A stretch of DNA of 64,000 bases from Burkholderiaceae bacterium. GTDB lineage: Bacteria; Pseudomonadota; Gammaproteobacteria; Burkholderiales; Burkholderiaceae_E. The stretch covers positions 5,747-69,746 of the forward strand of contig DASPJX010000204.1 in the NCBI GenBank assembly GCA_035628395.1. Reading direction: 5' to 3'. The notes beneath the pieces were generated by a model. The model ran no database searches. It worked only from the letters and a program-made list of their open reading frames with translations, and was not told where the DNA came from. The position numbers were made by a program, and so were the translations under genes. Shown here piece after piece: positions 46,940 through 56,331 of the stretch. How positions within the stretch are numbered: position 1 is the stretch's first letter; the number at the start of each line of letters is the position of its first letter.

Positions 46940-47665
46940 ATGAACCTGTTCCGCTACGCCGCCCCCCAGACCTTCTATCCGCTCGCGGGACGGCTCCAGC
47001 CGTGGTTCGCGGCGGCCGCGATCGCGCTCGCGCTCGCCGGGCTCTGGGTCGGCTTCGGCATCGCGCCCGCCGACTTCCAGCAGGGCGAGGTCTACCGGAT
47101 CATCTTCATCCACGTGCCCTCGGCCTGGATGGCGATGTTCATCTACCTGGTGATGGCCGGCTACGCGGTGTTCACGCTGGTGTTCCGCACCCGGCTGTCG
47201 GGCATGATGTGCCGCGCGCTCGCGCCCACCGGCGCGCTGATGGCCGCGATCTCGCTGTGGACCGGCGCGATCTGGGGCCGGCCCACCTGGGGCACCTACT
47301 GGGTCTGGGACGCGCGGCTCACCTCGACGCTGATCCTGCTGTTCCTCTACCTCGGCTACCTCGCGCTGATCGCCGCGATCGAGGACACCGAGCGCGCCGA
47401 CCGCGCCGGCGCGCTGCTGCTGCTGGTGGGCGTCGTCAACGTGCCGATCATCTACTTCTCGGTGCGGTGGTGGAACACGCTGCACCAGGGCGCGAGCGTG
47501 TCCCTCTCGGCCGCGCCGCGGATGGCCTCGACGATGCTCGCCGGCATGCTGCTGATGAGCCTGGCGGCCTGGATGTACTCGATCGCCGCCGCGCTGCACC
47601 GCGTGCGCTCGATCATCCTCGAGCGCGAGCGCCACACCCGCTGGGTGCGCCAGCTCGCGGGCTGA
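46940..47665 (+). CDS. ccmC: Heme exporter/heme lyase-associated protein CcmC
   Basis: Track ORF of 241 aa with the Trp-rich heme-handling motif WGRPTWGTYWVWDARL. Confidence 0.9.
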   Translation: MNLFRYAAPQTFYPLAGRLQPWFAAAAIALALAGLWVGFGIAPADFQQGEVYRIIFIHVPSAWMAMFIYLVMAGYAVFTLVFRTRLSGMMCRALAPTGALMAAISLWTGAIWGRPTWGTYWVWDARLTSTLILLFLYLGYLALIAAIEDTERADRAGALLLLVGVVNVPIIYFSVRWWNTLHQGASVSLSAAPRMASTMLAGMLLMSLAAWMYSIAAALHRVRSIILERERHTRWVRQLAG

Positions 47666-47679
47666 CAGGATCCGCGTCG

Positions 47680-47835
47680 ATGGCCGACCAGCACTGGACC
47701 TTCATCGTCGTCGCGTACGCCGTCTCGGCGGCGCTGATCGTCGCCGAGGTCGTGTCGCTCGTGCGCCGGCGGCGGCGGGCGCTCGATCGCGCGAACGCCG
47801 AGCGCGACCACGACGAGGACGAGCGCGACGCTTGA
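47680..47835 (+). CDS. ccmD: Heme exporter small membrane protein CcmD
   Basis: 51 codons ([35 protein letters not shown]...) in frame within track ORF 46399..47835. A single TM and the position between ccmC and ccmE support the call. Confidence 0.7.
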   Translation: MADQHWTFIVVAYAVSAALIVAEVVSLVRRRRRALDRANAERDHDEDERDA

Positions 47836-47884
47836 ATCGCGCCCGGCCCCGCCCCACCTCACGGATATCGGACGCCGTACCCCG

Positions 47885-48373
47885 ATGAACGCACCCGCCA
47901 CCGCCGCGCCGCCGCCGCGCGGCATGACCCCCCGCCGCAAGCGGCTCGCCTGGATCGTCGCGGGCCTCGTCGCGCTCTCGGTGATCGTCGCGCTCGTGCT
48001 GTCGGCGCTGCGCTCGAACATCGTGTTCTTCTTCACGCCGACCCAGGTCGCCGCGAACGAGGCGCCGCAGGGTCGCGCGTTCCGCGTCGGCGGGCTCGTC
48101 GAGCCGGGCAGCGTGAAGCGCGAGGGCCTCGAGGTCAGCTTCCGCGTGACCGACAGCGCGAAGACGATCCCGGTCGTCTACCGCGGCACGCTGCCCGACC
48201 TGTTCAAGGAGGGCAAGGGCGTGGTCGCGCAGGGCACGCTCGGCGCCGACGGCACGTTCAAGGCCTCCGAGGTGCTCGCCAAGCACGACGAGAACTACAT
48301 GCCGCCCGAGGCCGCCGAGGCGCTCGAGAAGGCGGGCCATCCCGTCAAGTCGGGCACGGTGCAGACGCGATGA
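47885..48373 (+). CDS. ccmE: Cytochrome c-type biogenesis heme chaperone CcmE
   Basis: Track ORF of 162 aa with the heme-binding motif [10 protein letters not shown]. An alternative start at Met14 (47924) is possible. Confidence 0.9.
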   Translation: MNAPATAAPPPRGMTPRRKRLAWIVAGLVALSVIVALVLSALRSNIVFFFTPTQVAANEAPQGRAFRVGGLVEPGSVKREGLEVSFRVTDSAKTIPVVYRGTLPDLFKEGKGVVAQGTLGADGTFKASEVLAKHDENYMPPEAAEALEKAGHPVKSGTVQTR

Positions 48374-50385
48374 TCGCCGAGCTCGGACACTTCGCCCTCT
48401 GGCTGGCGCTCGCGGTCTCGCTGGTGCAGGCCTTCGCCGGGCTGCTCGGCGCGGCGCGCGCCGACGGCGCGTGGATGCGCACCGGCTCGAACGCCGCCAC
48501 CGCGCAGTTCGCGCTCGTCGCGACCGCCTTCGTCGCGCTCGCGACCTCGTTCGTCGGCAACGACTTCACCGTCGTCAACGTCGCGAACAACTCGAACTCG
48601 CAGCTGCCGGTGCCCTACCGCTTCGCGGCGAGCTGGGGCTCGCACGAGGGCTCGCTGCTGATGTGGGCGCTGATGCTCGCCGGCTGGACCGCGGCGGTCA
48701 ACGCGTTCGGCGGCTCGCTGACCCGGGTGTTCCGCGCCCGCGTGATCGGCGTGCTCGGGCTGGTCGCGCTCGGCTTCCTCGCGTTCATGCTGTTCACCTC
48801 CAACCCGTTCGTGCGCCGGTTCCCCGCGCCCCCGGACGGCCGGGACCTGAACCCGCTGCTGCAGGACCCGGGGATGGTGATCCACCCGCCGATGCTCTAC
48901 ATGGGCTACGTCGGGTTCTCGGTCGCCTTCGCGTTCGCGATCGCCGCGATGCTCGGCGGGCGCGTCGACGCCGCCTGGACCCGATGGGCGCGGCCGTGGA
49001 CGACCGCCGCGTGGTGCTTCCTCACGATGGGCATCGCGCTCGGCAGCTGGTGGGCCTACTACGAGCTCGGCTGGGGCGGCTGGTGGTTCTGGGACCCGGT
49101 CGAGAACGCCTCGTTCATGCCGTGGCTGGTCGGCACCGCGCTGATCCACTCGCTGGTGGTCACCGAGCGGCGCGGCGCGTTCAAGGCGTGGACGCTGCTG
49201 CTCGCGGTCGCCGCGTTCAGCCTGTCGCTGCTCGGCACCTTCCTCGTGCGCTCGGGCGTGCTGACCTCGGTGCACGCGTTCGCGACCGACCCGACGCGCG
49301 GCATCTTCATCCTCGCCTTCCTGGTCGCGGTGGTCGGCGGCTCGCTGCTGCTGTTCGCGCTGCGCGGACCGGGCGTCACCGGCAACGTCGCGCCGGTCTC
49401 CTTCGCGCCGAGCTCGCGCGAGGGCTACCTGCTGGCCAACAACGTGCTGATGGCGAGCGCGGCCGGCTCGGTGCTGCTCGGCACGATGTACCCGCTGGTG
49501 CTCGACACGCTCGGGCTCGGCAAGATCTCGGTCGGCCCGCCCTACTTCGAGGCGGTGTTCTTCCCGATCATGGCGCCCGCCGCGTTCCTGATGGGCGTCG
49601 GGCCGATCGCGCGCTGGCGCGAGGCGCCGGTGCCCGAGCTCGCGGCGCGCCTGAAGTGGGCGTTCGGCGTCGCGGTCGCGGCCACCGTGCTGATCGCCGC
49701 GACCTCGGGCCGCTTCGGCGGCGCGGCCTCGGGCGACGCGCTCGGCGCGGTCGCGTTCGCGATCGGCATCTTCCTCGGGCTGTGGCTGATCGCCGCGAGC
49801 GTCGCCGCCGTCGCCGACCGCGCGCGCCAGGTCAAGGCGCCGACGCTCGCCGCGCGGCTGCGCGCGCTGCCCGGCGGCTTCTGGGGGATGATCGTCGCGC
49901 ACGCCGGCGTCGGCGTGTTCTGCATCGGCGTGGCCGGCGTCAAGACGCTCGACGTCGAGGTCGACGCGGCGCTCGGCCCGAACCAGACCGTCGAGGTCCG
50001 CGGCTACGTGCTGAAGATGCTCGACGTGCGCGAGGTGGCCGGGCCGAACTACCGCGCGGTGCAGGGGCGCGTCGAGGTCTCGCGCGACGGCCGCCGGCTG
50101 TTCGAGCTGCTGCCCGAGAAGCGCTTCTACACGACGACCCAGATGGTGATGACCGAGGCGGCCATCGACACCGGCCTGACCCGCGACCTCTACGTCGCGC
50201 TCGGCGAGCAGCTGCCCGACGGCCGCTGGACGCTCAAGACCTGGGTCAAGCCCTTCGTCGACTGGATCTGGGCGGGCTGCTTCCTGATGGCGATCGGCGG
50301 CTTCGTCGCGATCTCCGACCGTCGCTACCGCAGCGTGCGGCGGAGCGCCGCGGCCGCCGCGCGCGGCGCCGGCGCCGCGGCCTGA
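48370..50385 (+). CDS. ccmF: Cytochrome c-type biogenesis heme lyase subunit CcmF
   Basis: Track ORF of 671 aa, polytopic, with the WWD motif region [18 protein letters not shown] overlap with ccmE. Confidence 0.95.
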   Translation: MIAELGHFALWLALAVSLVQAFAGLLGAARADGAWMRTGSNAATAQFALVATAFVALATSFVGNDFTVVNVANNSNSQLPVPYRFAASWGSHEGSLLMWALMLAGWTAAVNAFGGSLTRVFRARVIGVLGLVALGFLAFMLFTSNPFVRRFPAPPDGRDLNPLLQDPGMVIHPPMLYMGYVGFSVAFAFAIAAMLGGRVDAAWTRWARPWTTAAWCFLTMGIALGSWWAYYELGWGGWWFWDPVENASFMPWLVGTALIHSLVVTERRGAFKAWTLLLAVAAFSLSLLGTFLVRSGVLTSVHAFATDPTRGIFILAFLVAVVGGSLLLFALRGPGVTGNVAPVSFAPSSREGYLLANNVLMASAAGSVLLGTMYPLVLDTLGLGKISVGPPYFEAVFFPIMAPAAFLMGVGPIARWREAPVPELAARLKWAFGVAVAATVLIAATSGRFGGAASGDALGAVAFAIGIFLGLWLIAASVAAVADRARQVKAPTLAARLRALPGGFWGMIVAHAGVGVFCIGVAGVKTLDVEVDAALGPNQTVEVRGYVLKMLDVREVAGPNYRAVQGRVEVSRDGRRLFELLPEKRFYTTTQMVMTEAAIDTGLTRDLYVALGEQLPDGRWTLKTWVKPFVDWIWAGCFLMAIGGFVAISDRRYRSVRRSAAAAARGAGAAA

Positions 50386-50397
50386 CGCGGGCCCGGC

Positions 50398-50943
50398 ATG
50401 CGCACGCTCAAGTACGTCGTTCCGGCCGCGGTGTTCGCGGTCCTCGCGGCGTTCCTGCTGCTCGGCCTGAAGCCCGGGCGCGACCCGCGGGAGATCCCCT
50501 CGCCGCTGATCGGCCGGCCCGCGCCCGCGATCGCGCTGCCGGCGCTCGCCGCGCCCGGCGGCGAGCCGAAGGAGTGGTCGTCGCAGGCGATGGCGGGCCG
50601 GGTGTGGCTGCTCAACGTGTTCGCGTCGTGGTGCGTGCCCTGCCTCGTCGAGCATCCGGTGCTGCTGCAGATGCGCCGGGACGGCGTCGTCCCGATCGTC
50701 GGCTACAACTACAAGGACGAGCCGGGCGCGGCGACCGGCTGGCTCGCGAAGCACGGCGACCCCTACACGGCGATCGTCGCCGACCGTCCGGGCTCGTCCG
50801 CGATCGACTGGGGCGTCTACGGCGTGCCCGAGACCTTCCTGATCGACCGCGAGGGCACGATCCGCTTCAAGCACGTCGGGCCGCTGACGCCCGAGATCGT
50901 CTCCGGCCGGCTGATGCCGCTGATCCGGGAGCTGTCGCGATGA
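50398..50943 (+). CDS. ccmG: Periplasmic thiol:disulfide oxidoreductase CcmG/DsbE
   Basis: Track ORF of 181 aa with an N-terminal TM anchor, thioredoxin motif WCVPC and the GVPETFLID region. Confidence 0.9.
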   Translation: MRTLKYVVPAAVFAVLAAFLLLGLKPGRDPREIPSPLIGRPAPAIALPALAAPGGEPKEWSSQAMAGRVWLLNVFASWCVPCLVEHPVLLQMRRDGVVPIVGYNYKDEPGAATGWLAKHGDPYTAIVADRPGSSAIDWGVYGVPETFLIDREGTIRFKHVGPLTPEIVSGRLMPLIRELSR

Positions 50944-51470
50944 GGCGGCTGCGCGCGCTGCTGCTCGCGGCGACGCTCGCGGCCGGGCTCGGCCTCGCGC
51001 CGGCCGGCGCGCACGCGCAGCCCGCGGCGTCGGCGTCGCGCCTGCCGCCGCAGCTGCCCGCCGAGCAGGCCGAGGCGCTGCTGCGCAGCGACCGCTTCAG
51101 GGCGCTCGCGGCCGAGCTGCGCTGCCTCGTGTGCCAGAACCAGACGCTCGCCGACTCGAACGCCGACCTCGCGATCGACCTGCGCAACGAGGTGCTGCGC
51201 CAGATGGCCACCGGCAAGGACGACGGCGCGATCAAGGAGCACCTGGTCGCGCGCTACGGCGAGTTCGTGCTGTACCGTCCCGCGCTCTCGGCGCGCAACG
51301 CGGCGCTGTGGGCCGGGCCCGCGGTGCTGCTGGCGATCGGCGCGATCGTCGTGCTGCGGCTCGCGCGACGCCGGCCGGCCCCGGCCGCCTCGTCCGCGCC
51401 CGTCGACGAGGCGCGGCTGCGCCGCATCGAGCGGCTGCTCGACGACGACGCGCCGACCGGCCCGCGCTGA
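50940..51470 (+). CDS. ccmH: Cytochrome c-type biogenesis protein CcmH (CcmL/NrfF-like)
   Basis: In-frame part of track ORF 48471..51470. ATG 50940 overlaps the ccmG stop (ATGA). Signal peptide, LRCLVCQNQTLADS motif and a C-terminal TM. Confidence 0.85.
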   Translation: MRRLRALLLAATLAAGLGLAPAGAHAQPAASASRLPPQLPAEQAEALLRSDRFRALAAELRCLVCQNQTLADSNADLAIDLRNEVLRQMATGKDDGAIKEHLVARYGEFVLYRPALSARNAALWAGPAVLLAIGAIVVLRLARRRPAPAASSAPVDEARLRRIERLLDDDAPTGPR

Positions 51471-51486
51471 GCGCGGCGCTCCCGAC

Positions 51487-52422
51487 TCAGCGGCCGGTCG
51501 CGATCCGGAACAGTCCGCGCGCCGCGCACTCGGCGTCGGCGCGCACGACGCGCGCCGGCAGCGCGGCCCGCGGCCCGCTCGCGCGCAGCACGTCCCAGGC
51601 GCGCTCGTAGAGGCTCGCGAGCGCGGGCGCGCCCACCAGCACGAGGCCGCGCGCGACGTCGTCGGCGAACGGACCCTCGACGGCCTGGCGCAGCTCGGTG
51701 CCGAGCAGCCAGCCCGACAGGCGCGCGCGTTCGGCGGCGCCGTCCGCCCCCGCGCCGACCACGCGCGCGCGGAAGCCGAACAGCCGGTTCAGCCAGCGCG
51801 CGTCCGCGCCGGGCTCGAGCGCCGACGCGACGCCCTCGTCGAACGCGCGCTCGTCGAGCGTCCCCGGCGCGCCGAAGGCCTTCGCGAGGCTGCCGTGCGT
51901 GCCGAGCAGGTCGTACAGCTCGCCGGTGAACCAGGTCGCGAAGCGCTCGATCGTGCCGCCGCGCAGCGCGAGCCACTTGGCGTGCGTGCCCGGCATGCAC
52001 AGCAGCCCGTCCGCGAGACCGGTGCCGAGCGCCTGAGTCTCCTCGCCGCGCAGCACGTCGGGTCCGGGCGCGCGCAGCCCGCCGACCACGGCGAGCGGAC
52101 GACCGAGCGAGGTCGGCACCCTCGTCAGCCGCCCGCGGATCGCGTCGACGCCGGCCGGCAGGTCGAGGTACGGCGCCTCGACCCACGCCCCCCGCGCGCC
52201 GACCATCCCGCAGGCGATCATCGGCGCGCCCGGATGCGCGGCCGCCCAGTCGCCGACGAGGGCCGCGAGCACCGCGTCGAAGCGCTCGCGCGGCAGGCCG
52301 ATCGCGCCCTCGTCGCCCGCGCGCCGCTCGACGATCGCGCCGCCGGCGTCGAGCCGCCATGCGCGCACGCGCGTGGAGCCCCAGTCGATCGCGATCACGC
52401 CCTCGGCGGCGTCCGTGTCCAT
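51487..52422 (-). CDS. dgoK: 2-dehydro-3-deoxygalactonokinase family protein
   Basis: Track ORF 51487..52518. I place the start at ATG 52422 (MDTDAAEGVIAIDWGSTRVRAW), which has GAGGAGAG upstream. IDWGST..R and CMPGTHAKW are typical of the DgoK family. The upstream 32 codons run into the repeat array. Confidence 0.75.
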   Translation of the reverse strand: MDTDAAEGVIAIDWGSTRVRAWRLDAGGAIVERRAGDEGAIGLPRERFDAVLAALVGDWAAAHPGAPMIACGMVGARGAWVEAPYLDLPAGVDAIRGRLTRVPTSLGRPLAVVGGLRAPGPDVLRGEETQALGTGLADGLLCMPGTHAKWLALRGGTIERFATWFTGELYDLLGTHGSLAKAFGAPGTLDERAFDEGVASALEPGADARWLNRLFGFRARVVGAGADGAAERARLSGWLLGTELRQAVEGPFADDVARGLVLVGAPALASLYERAWDVLRASGPRAALPARVVRADAECAARGLFRIATGR

Positions 52423-52501
52423 GCGGTCTCTCCTCGTCGTCGCGGCCCGCGATGGTAGCGTCCGCGGGCGAGCCCCGCAGCGCGGCGCGGCGCGGCGCGG
52501 C

Positions 52502-52706
52502 GATCGGATCGGCGGCACGGGACTGGTGCGGATCGGCTACACGGCACGAGGTCCGATCGGCCGCGCCGCACGGATTCGGATCGGCGGCGCGGCAGAGGCT
52601 CGGATCGGCGGCACGGCACGGCACGCGATCGGATCGGATCGGATCGGCGGCACGGTACGGGGTCGGATCGCCGGCACGAGACGGCACGCGCGTCGCGCGC
52701 GATCGG
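52502..52706. repeat. Intergenic degenerate tandem repeat array with a 24-bp period (core GGATCGGCGGCACGG + about 9 variable nt), about 8-9 copies, plus an internal (GATCG)x4 run; extremely GATC-dense
   Basis: The GATCGG cores start at 52507, 52531, 52555, 52579, 52603 and 52627 (exact 24-bp phase). After a 15-nt GATCG-pentamer expansion they continue at 52642, 52666 and 52701. There are twelve GATC tetramers in about 200 bp. The array lies between the divergent dgoK (start 52422) and eamA-like (start 52782) genes. Confidence 0.85.
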
Positions 52707-52781
52707 ACCGGCGGCCTCGGCACCGCGGGTTGACACGCGCGCGCGACGCGCTTCGAATCGGGCGATGGAAGGAGCCTCGCG

Positions 52782-53630
52782 TTGAGCTGGGAGGTCACGC
52801 TCGCCGTGCTCGCGGCGGCGGTCGTGCACGCGGGCTGGAACGCGATGGTCAAGCGCGGCGGCGATCCGCTCTTCGAGACCGCGCTGATCCACGGCTGGGT
52901 CGCGCTGCCGGCCGCGATCGCGCTGCCCTGGCTGCCGCCGCCGGGACCGGTGGCCGCCGCGTGCCTCGTCGCGTCCACCGCCGTGCACTGCCTGTACTAC
53001 CACGCGCTCGCGGCCGCGTACCGGCACGGCGACCTGAGCCTCGCCTATCCCGTCATGCGCGGCAGCGCGCCGATGCTGACCGCGCTGCTCGCCGGGATCG
53101 CGCTCGGCGAGTGGCCGGGCGCGTGGGGCTGGGCCGGCATCGCGGCCGTCTGCGGCGGCGTGCTCGCGATCGGGCTCGCGCGCGCGCGCGGCGTCGATCC
53201 GGCGGCGCGTCGCCGTTCCATCGGATGGGCGCTGCTCACCGCCGCGACGATCGTCGCGTACACGCTGATCGACTCGCACGGTGCGCGCCACGCGCCCTCG
53301 GCGTGGTCGTACGTCGCGTGGCTCGCGGCCGTCGAGGGCGCGGCGATCGCGGCGATCGTGCTCGCGCGGCACGGTCGCCCGTTCGTCGACTACGCGCGTG
53401 CGCGCGGCGCCTCGCCGATGGCGGCCGGCGTCGCCGCGGTCGGGGGCTACGGCGTCGCGCTCTGGGCGATGACGCTCGCGCCGATCGCGCTGGTCGCGGC
53501 GCTGCGCGAGACCTCGGTGCTGTTCGCGCTGGTGATCGCGCGGCTCGCGCTCGGCGAACGCTTCGGGCCGCTGCGCTGGGCGGGCGCCGCGTCGATCCTC
53601 GCGGGCATCGCGCTGCTGCGGCTCGCGTGA
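52782..53630 (+). CDS. EamA/DMT-family membrane transporter
   Basis: Track ORF of 282 aa, about 10 TM, with a two-EamA-repeat architecture. TTG start with GGAG 7 nt upstream. Confidence 0.8.
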   Translation: MSWEVTLAVLAAAVVHAGWNAMVKRGGDPLFETALIHGWVALPAAIALPWLPPPGPVAAACLVASTAVHCLYYHALAAAYRHGDLSLAYPVMRGSAPMLTALLAGIALGEWPGAWGWAGIAAVCGGVLAIGLARARGVDPAARRRSIGWALLTAATIVAYTLIDSHGARHAPSAWSYVAWLAAVEGAAIAAIVLARHGRPFVDYARARGASPMAAGVAAVGGYGVALWAMTLAPIALVAALRETSVLFALVIARLALGERFGPLRWAGAASILAGIALLRLA

Positions 53631-53652
53631 GGCCCGGGGCGGGCCCAAACGC

Positions 53653-53679
53653 GAAGCGCCCCGACGTGCGGGGCGCTTC
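53653..53679. terminator. Bidirectional intrinsic-terminator-like hairpin (11-bp stem GAAGCGCCCCG / CGGGGCGCTTC, 5-nt loop) between the convergent eamA-like and HU genes
   Basis: Read directly from the sequence. It lies 23 nt after the eamA-like stop and 50 nt after the HU stop. There is no long T-tract, which is common in high-GC genomes. Confidence 0.6.
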
Positions 53680-53729
53680 GGAGGCCGGGGACGCGCGGCG
53701 TCGGACCCGGCGGCGGGTCGAGCCCGGTG

Positions 53730-54017
53730 CTACTTCGCCTTCTTCTTGTTGACGGTGGCCTTGAAGGCGGCACCGGCGGAGAACTTCGGCACGGTGGCCG
53801 CGGCGATCTTGATCTTCTCGCCGGTGCGCGGGTTCTTGCCCGTGCGCGCGGCGCGCTTGCTCGAGTAGAAGGTGCCGAATCCGACGAGCGTCACGCGATC
53901 GCCCTTGGTGACGGCCTTGGTGATCGCCTCGACCATCGAGTTGAGCGCACGCTCCGCGGCCGCCTTGCTGATGTCCGCTTCGGCGGACACGGTCTCGATC
54001 AGTTCACTCTTGTTCAT
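53730..54017 (-). CDS. HU-family nucleoid-associated DNA-binding protein
   Basis: Track ORF of 95 aa: MNKSELIETVSAEADISKAAAERALNSMVEAITKAVTKGDRVTLVGFGTFYSSKRAARTGKNPRTGEKIKIAAATVPKFSAGAAFK, with a short Lys-rich tail. Confidence 0.95.
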   Translation of the reverse strand: MNKSELIETVSAEADISKAAAERALNSMVEAITKAVTKGDRVTLVGFGTFYSSKRAARTGKNPRTGEKIKIAAATVPKFSAGAAFKATVNKKKAK

Positions 54018-54215
54018 CTAGCGACCTCGTTGTCCAGTGTGTGAGGGTGTCTCTCGGATTCGGCTGCGGGTGGCGCGATCATCCGGACGTTCCGGTCGCG
54101 GCGCGCCCGGTGGAGCCGGAACAGCGCGGAATTCTACCCGCTCAGGTCGCCGCACGCCTACGCCCGTCGGGCAATTTCCCACAGGGATCCCCGTTCCATG
54201 CGGGTTTCCGAGCGG

Positions 54216-54758
54216 TCATCCGGGTCGGTCGCTCGCCGCGTGCGCGAACGCGCCGTTCCAGAAGAGCAGCGGCTCGCCGCCCGACTCGCGCGCGCATCGG
54301 CGCACGCGTCCGATGAACAGCACGTGGTCGCCGGCGCGCTGGTGACTCGCCAGTTCGCATTCGAACGCGGCGATCGCGCCGTCGATCAGCGGCACGCCGC
54401 CGATCCCCTCGCGCGTCGCCACGCCCTCGAAGCGGTCGTGGCCCGAGCGCGCGAATCGCCGCGCGAGCGCGACCTGGTCGGCGGCGAGCACGTTGATCGC
54501 GAAGTTCGGGCACGCCTCGAACGCGGACAGGCTCGCCGAGCGCAGCGACAGGCTCCAGAGCACCAGCGGCGGATCGAGCGACAGCGCGTTGAAGCTGTTG
54601 ACCGTCAGGCCGGTCGGACGCGAGGCGGCGTCCAGCGTCGTGACGATCGTGACGCCGGTGGCGAACTGCCCGAGGCAGTCGCGCAGGTGGCGGGCATCGG
54701 GTGCCGGGTGTCGGTCGGACGCGGCGCGGTCCGGGGACGGGGAAGCGTGGGCGGTCAT
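54216..54758 (-). CDS. Flavin reductase family protein (HpaC/NADH:FMN oxidoreductase-like)
   Basis: Track ORF of 180 aa with FATGVTIVTT, GLTVNSFNALSLDPPLVLWSL and GDHVLFIGRV, typical of the flavin reductase domain. Confidence 0.85.
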   Translation of the reverse strand: MTAHASPSPDRAASDRHPAPDARHLRDCLGQFATGVTIVTTLDAASRPTGLTVNSFNALSLDPPLVLWSLSLRSASLSAFEACPNFAINVLAADQVALARRFARSGHDRFEGVATREGIGGVPLIDGAIAAFECELASHQRAGDHVLFIGRVRRCARESGGEPLLFWNGAFAHAASDRPG

Positions 54759-54865
54759 CGGCGGTCGGGAGGACCCGCGACCGTACCCGATCGGCCCGCG
54801 CGGCGCAACGCGGCCGCAGCGCCGCGAAGGGTCGTCCGGCGCGGCGCGCCGCGGGCGGTTTCGCG

Positions 54866-54871
54866 CACAAT
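54866..54871 (+). promoter_or_regulatory. Putative -10 hexamer CACAAT, 28 nt upstream of the PLP-enzyme start
   Basis: GCACAATGAACGGG. It belongs to the recurring nACAAT pattern. Confidence 0.25.
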
Positions 54872-54898
54872 GAACGGGCCTCCCCGCCGCGAGCGACG

Positions 54899-56083
54899 AT
54901 GACCGATCCGCGCCCGACCCCGCATCCCGACACGCTGCTGCTGCACGCCGACGACCCGCTGCACGAGGGCGCGTCGATCACGCCGCCGATCCCGTGGTCG
55001 GCCACCTTCGTCGCCGAGGACGCCGACGACTTCGCGCGCATGGCCTCGCAGCCGATGCACCCGCGCTACTACACGCGCTACGGCAATCCGCTGCACGCCC
55101 GCGTCGCCGCGATCGTCGCCGGGCTCGAGGGCGCCGAGACCGGCCTCGTCACCGCGAGCGGCATGGGCGCGATCTCGACGCTCGCGCTCGGGCTGCTGCG
55201 CCAGGGCGACCGCGTCGTCGCGCAGCGCAACCACTACATGGGCACGACGAAGCTGCTGTCGGAGCTGCTCGCGCGCTTCGGCGTCGTCGCCGAGTTCGTC
55301 GAGCAGACCGACACCGGCGCGTTCGAGCGCGCGCTCGCGACGCCCGCGGCGCTCGTGATGCTCGAGACGCCGACCAATCCCGACTGCAGCCTCACCGACC
55401 TCGCCGCCGTGTGCCGGCTCGCGCGCGACGCGGGCGCGACGATCGCGGTCGACAACACCTTCGCCACGCCGCTGAACCAGTCGCCGCTGGCGCTCGGCGC
55501 GCATCTCGTCGTGCACAGCGCGACCAAGTACCTCGGCGGCCATCACGACCTGACCGCGGGCGTCGTCGTCGGCGACGCGGCGACGATCGAGCGGCTCTGG
55601 TCGACGCAGATCGTGCTCGGCGCGACGCTCTCGCCGATGGACGCGTGGCTGCTGCTGCGCGGCCTGCGCACGCTCGCGGTGCGCGTCGAGCGGATCAACG
55701 CGAGCGCGCTCGCGGTCGCGCGCGCGCTGGCGGCGCATCCGGCGGTCGAGTCGGTGTCGTACCCGGGTCTCGAGAGCCATCCGCAGCACGCGGTGGCCCG
55801 GCGCCAGATGCGCGGCTTCGGCGGCGTGATGGGCGTGCGCCTGCGCACCGGCTACGCGGGCACCGCCCGCTTCGTGTCGGGGCTGTCGCTCGCGCAGCAC
55901 GCGGTGAGCCTCGGCGGCGTCGAGTCGCTGGTCGTGCACGCGGCGGCGATGTGGGCCGGCACGCTCGACGACGCGCGGATGCGCGCCTCCGGGATCGAGC
56001 CCAACCTCGTCCGGCTGTCGGTCGGGCTCGAGCATCCCGACGACCTGATCGCCGACCTGCGCCGCGCGCTCGACGCCGTCTGA
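54899..56083 (+). CDS. PLP-dependent Cys/Met-metabolism enzyme (cystathionine gamma-synthase / beta-lyase / methionine gamma-lyase family)
   Basis: In-frame part of track ORF 54701..56083, starting at ATG 54899. [22 protein letters not shown] and the PLP-lysine motif [10 protein letters not shown]. Confidence 0.85.
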   Translation: MTDPRPTPHPDTLLLHADDPLHEGASITPPIPWSATFVAEDADDFARMASQPMHPRYYTRYGNPLHARVAAIVAGLEGAETGLVTASGMGAISTLALGLLRQGDRVVAQRNHYMGTTKLLSELLARFGVVAEFVEQTDTGAFERALATPAALVMLETPTNPDCSLTDLAAVCRLARDAGATIAVDNTFATPLNQSPLALGAHLVVHSATKYLGGHHDLTAGVVVGDAATIERLWSTQIVLGATLSPMDAWLLLRGLRTLAVRVERINASALAVARALAAHPAVESVSYPGLESHPQHAVARRQMRGFGGVMGVRLRTGYAGTARFVSGLSLAQHAVSLGGVESLVVHAAAMWAGTLDDARMRASGIEPNLVRLSVGLEHPDDLIADLRRALDAV

Positions 56084-56331
56084 CCGGCGGGGCCCGGCCG
56101 CGATCGGGGGTCCCGCCCGCCCGGGACGAGGACGCCGGCGCCGCGGCCGCGCGTCCGCGGCCACGCTCGCCCGCTCCCTCGACCGGGCGAGCCGGACGGT
56201 TTCCCGGCGGCCCGACGGCCGAGCCGCCGCCCCGCCCGGAACTGTCGGCGCGACGCCGCATCGCCGGCCCCCCGGGATCCCGTCACGGAGAAGCCCCCCG
56301 CTTTGCGGGTAGACTCGACGGGTTGGACCAC

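Noticed and set aside
52502-52706. Possible CRISPR array.
   Set aside because: The period is only 24 bp, made of a 15-nt core and about 9 variable nt. There are no spacer-length unique sequences, no palindromic repeat typical of CRISPR, no leader and no cas genes anywhere in the window.
52359-52733. 124-aa plus-strand ORF (and the minus-strand frames) that translate the 24-bp repeat array into 8-residue repeats such as GSAARxxx or CRAADPxx.
   Set aside because: There is no Shine-Dalgarno sequence or credible start. The plus ORF begins antisense inside dgoK, and the minus frames run out of frame into dgoK. The repeats are more conserved at the DNA level (a GATC-containing core) than at the peptide level. 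I treat it as non-coding but flag it as a finding.
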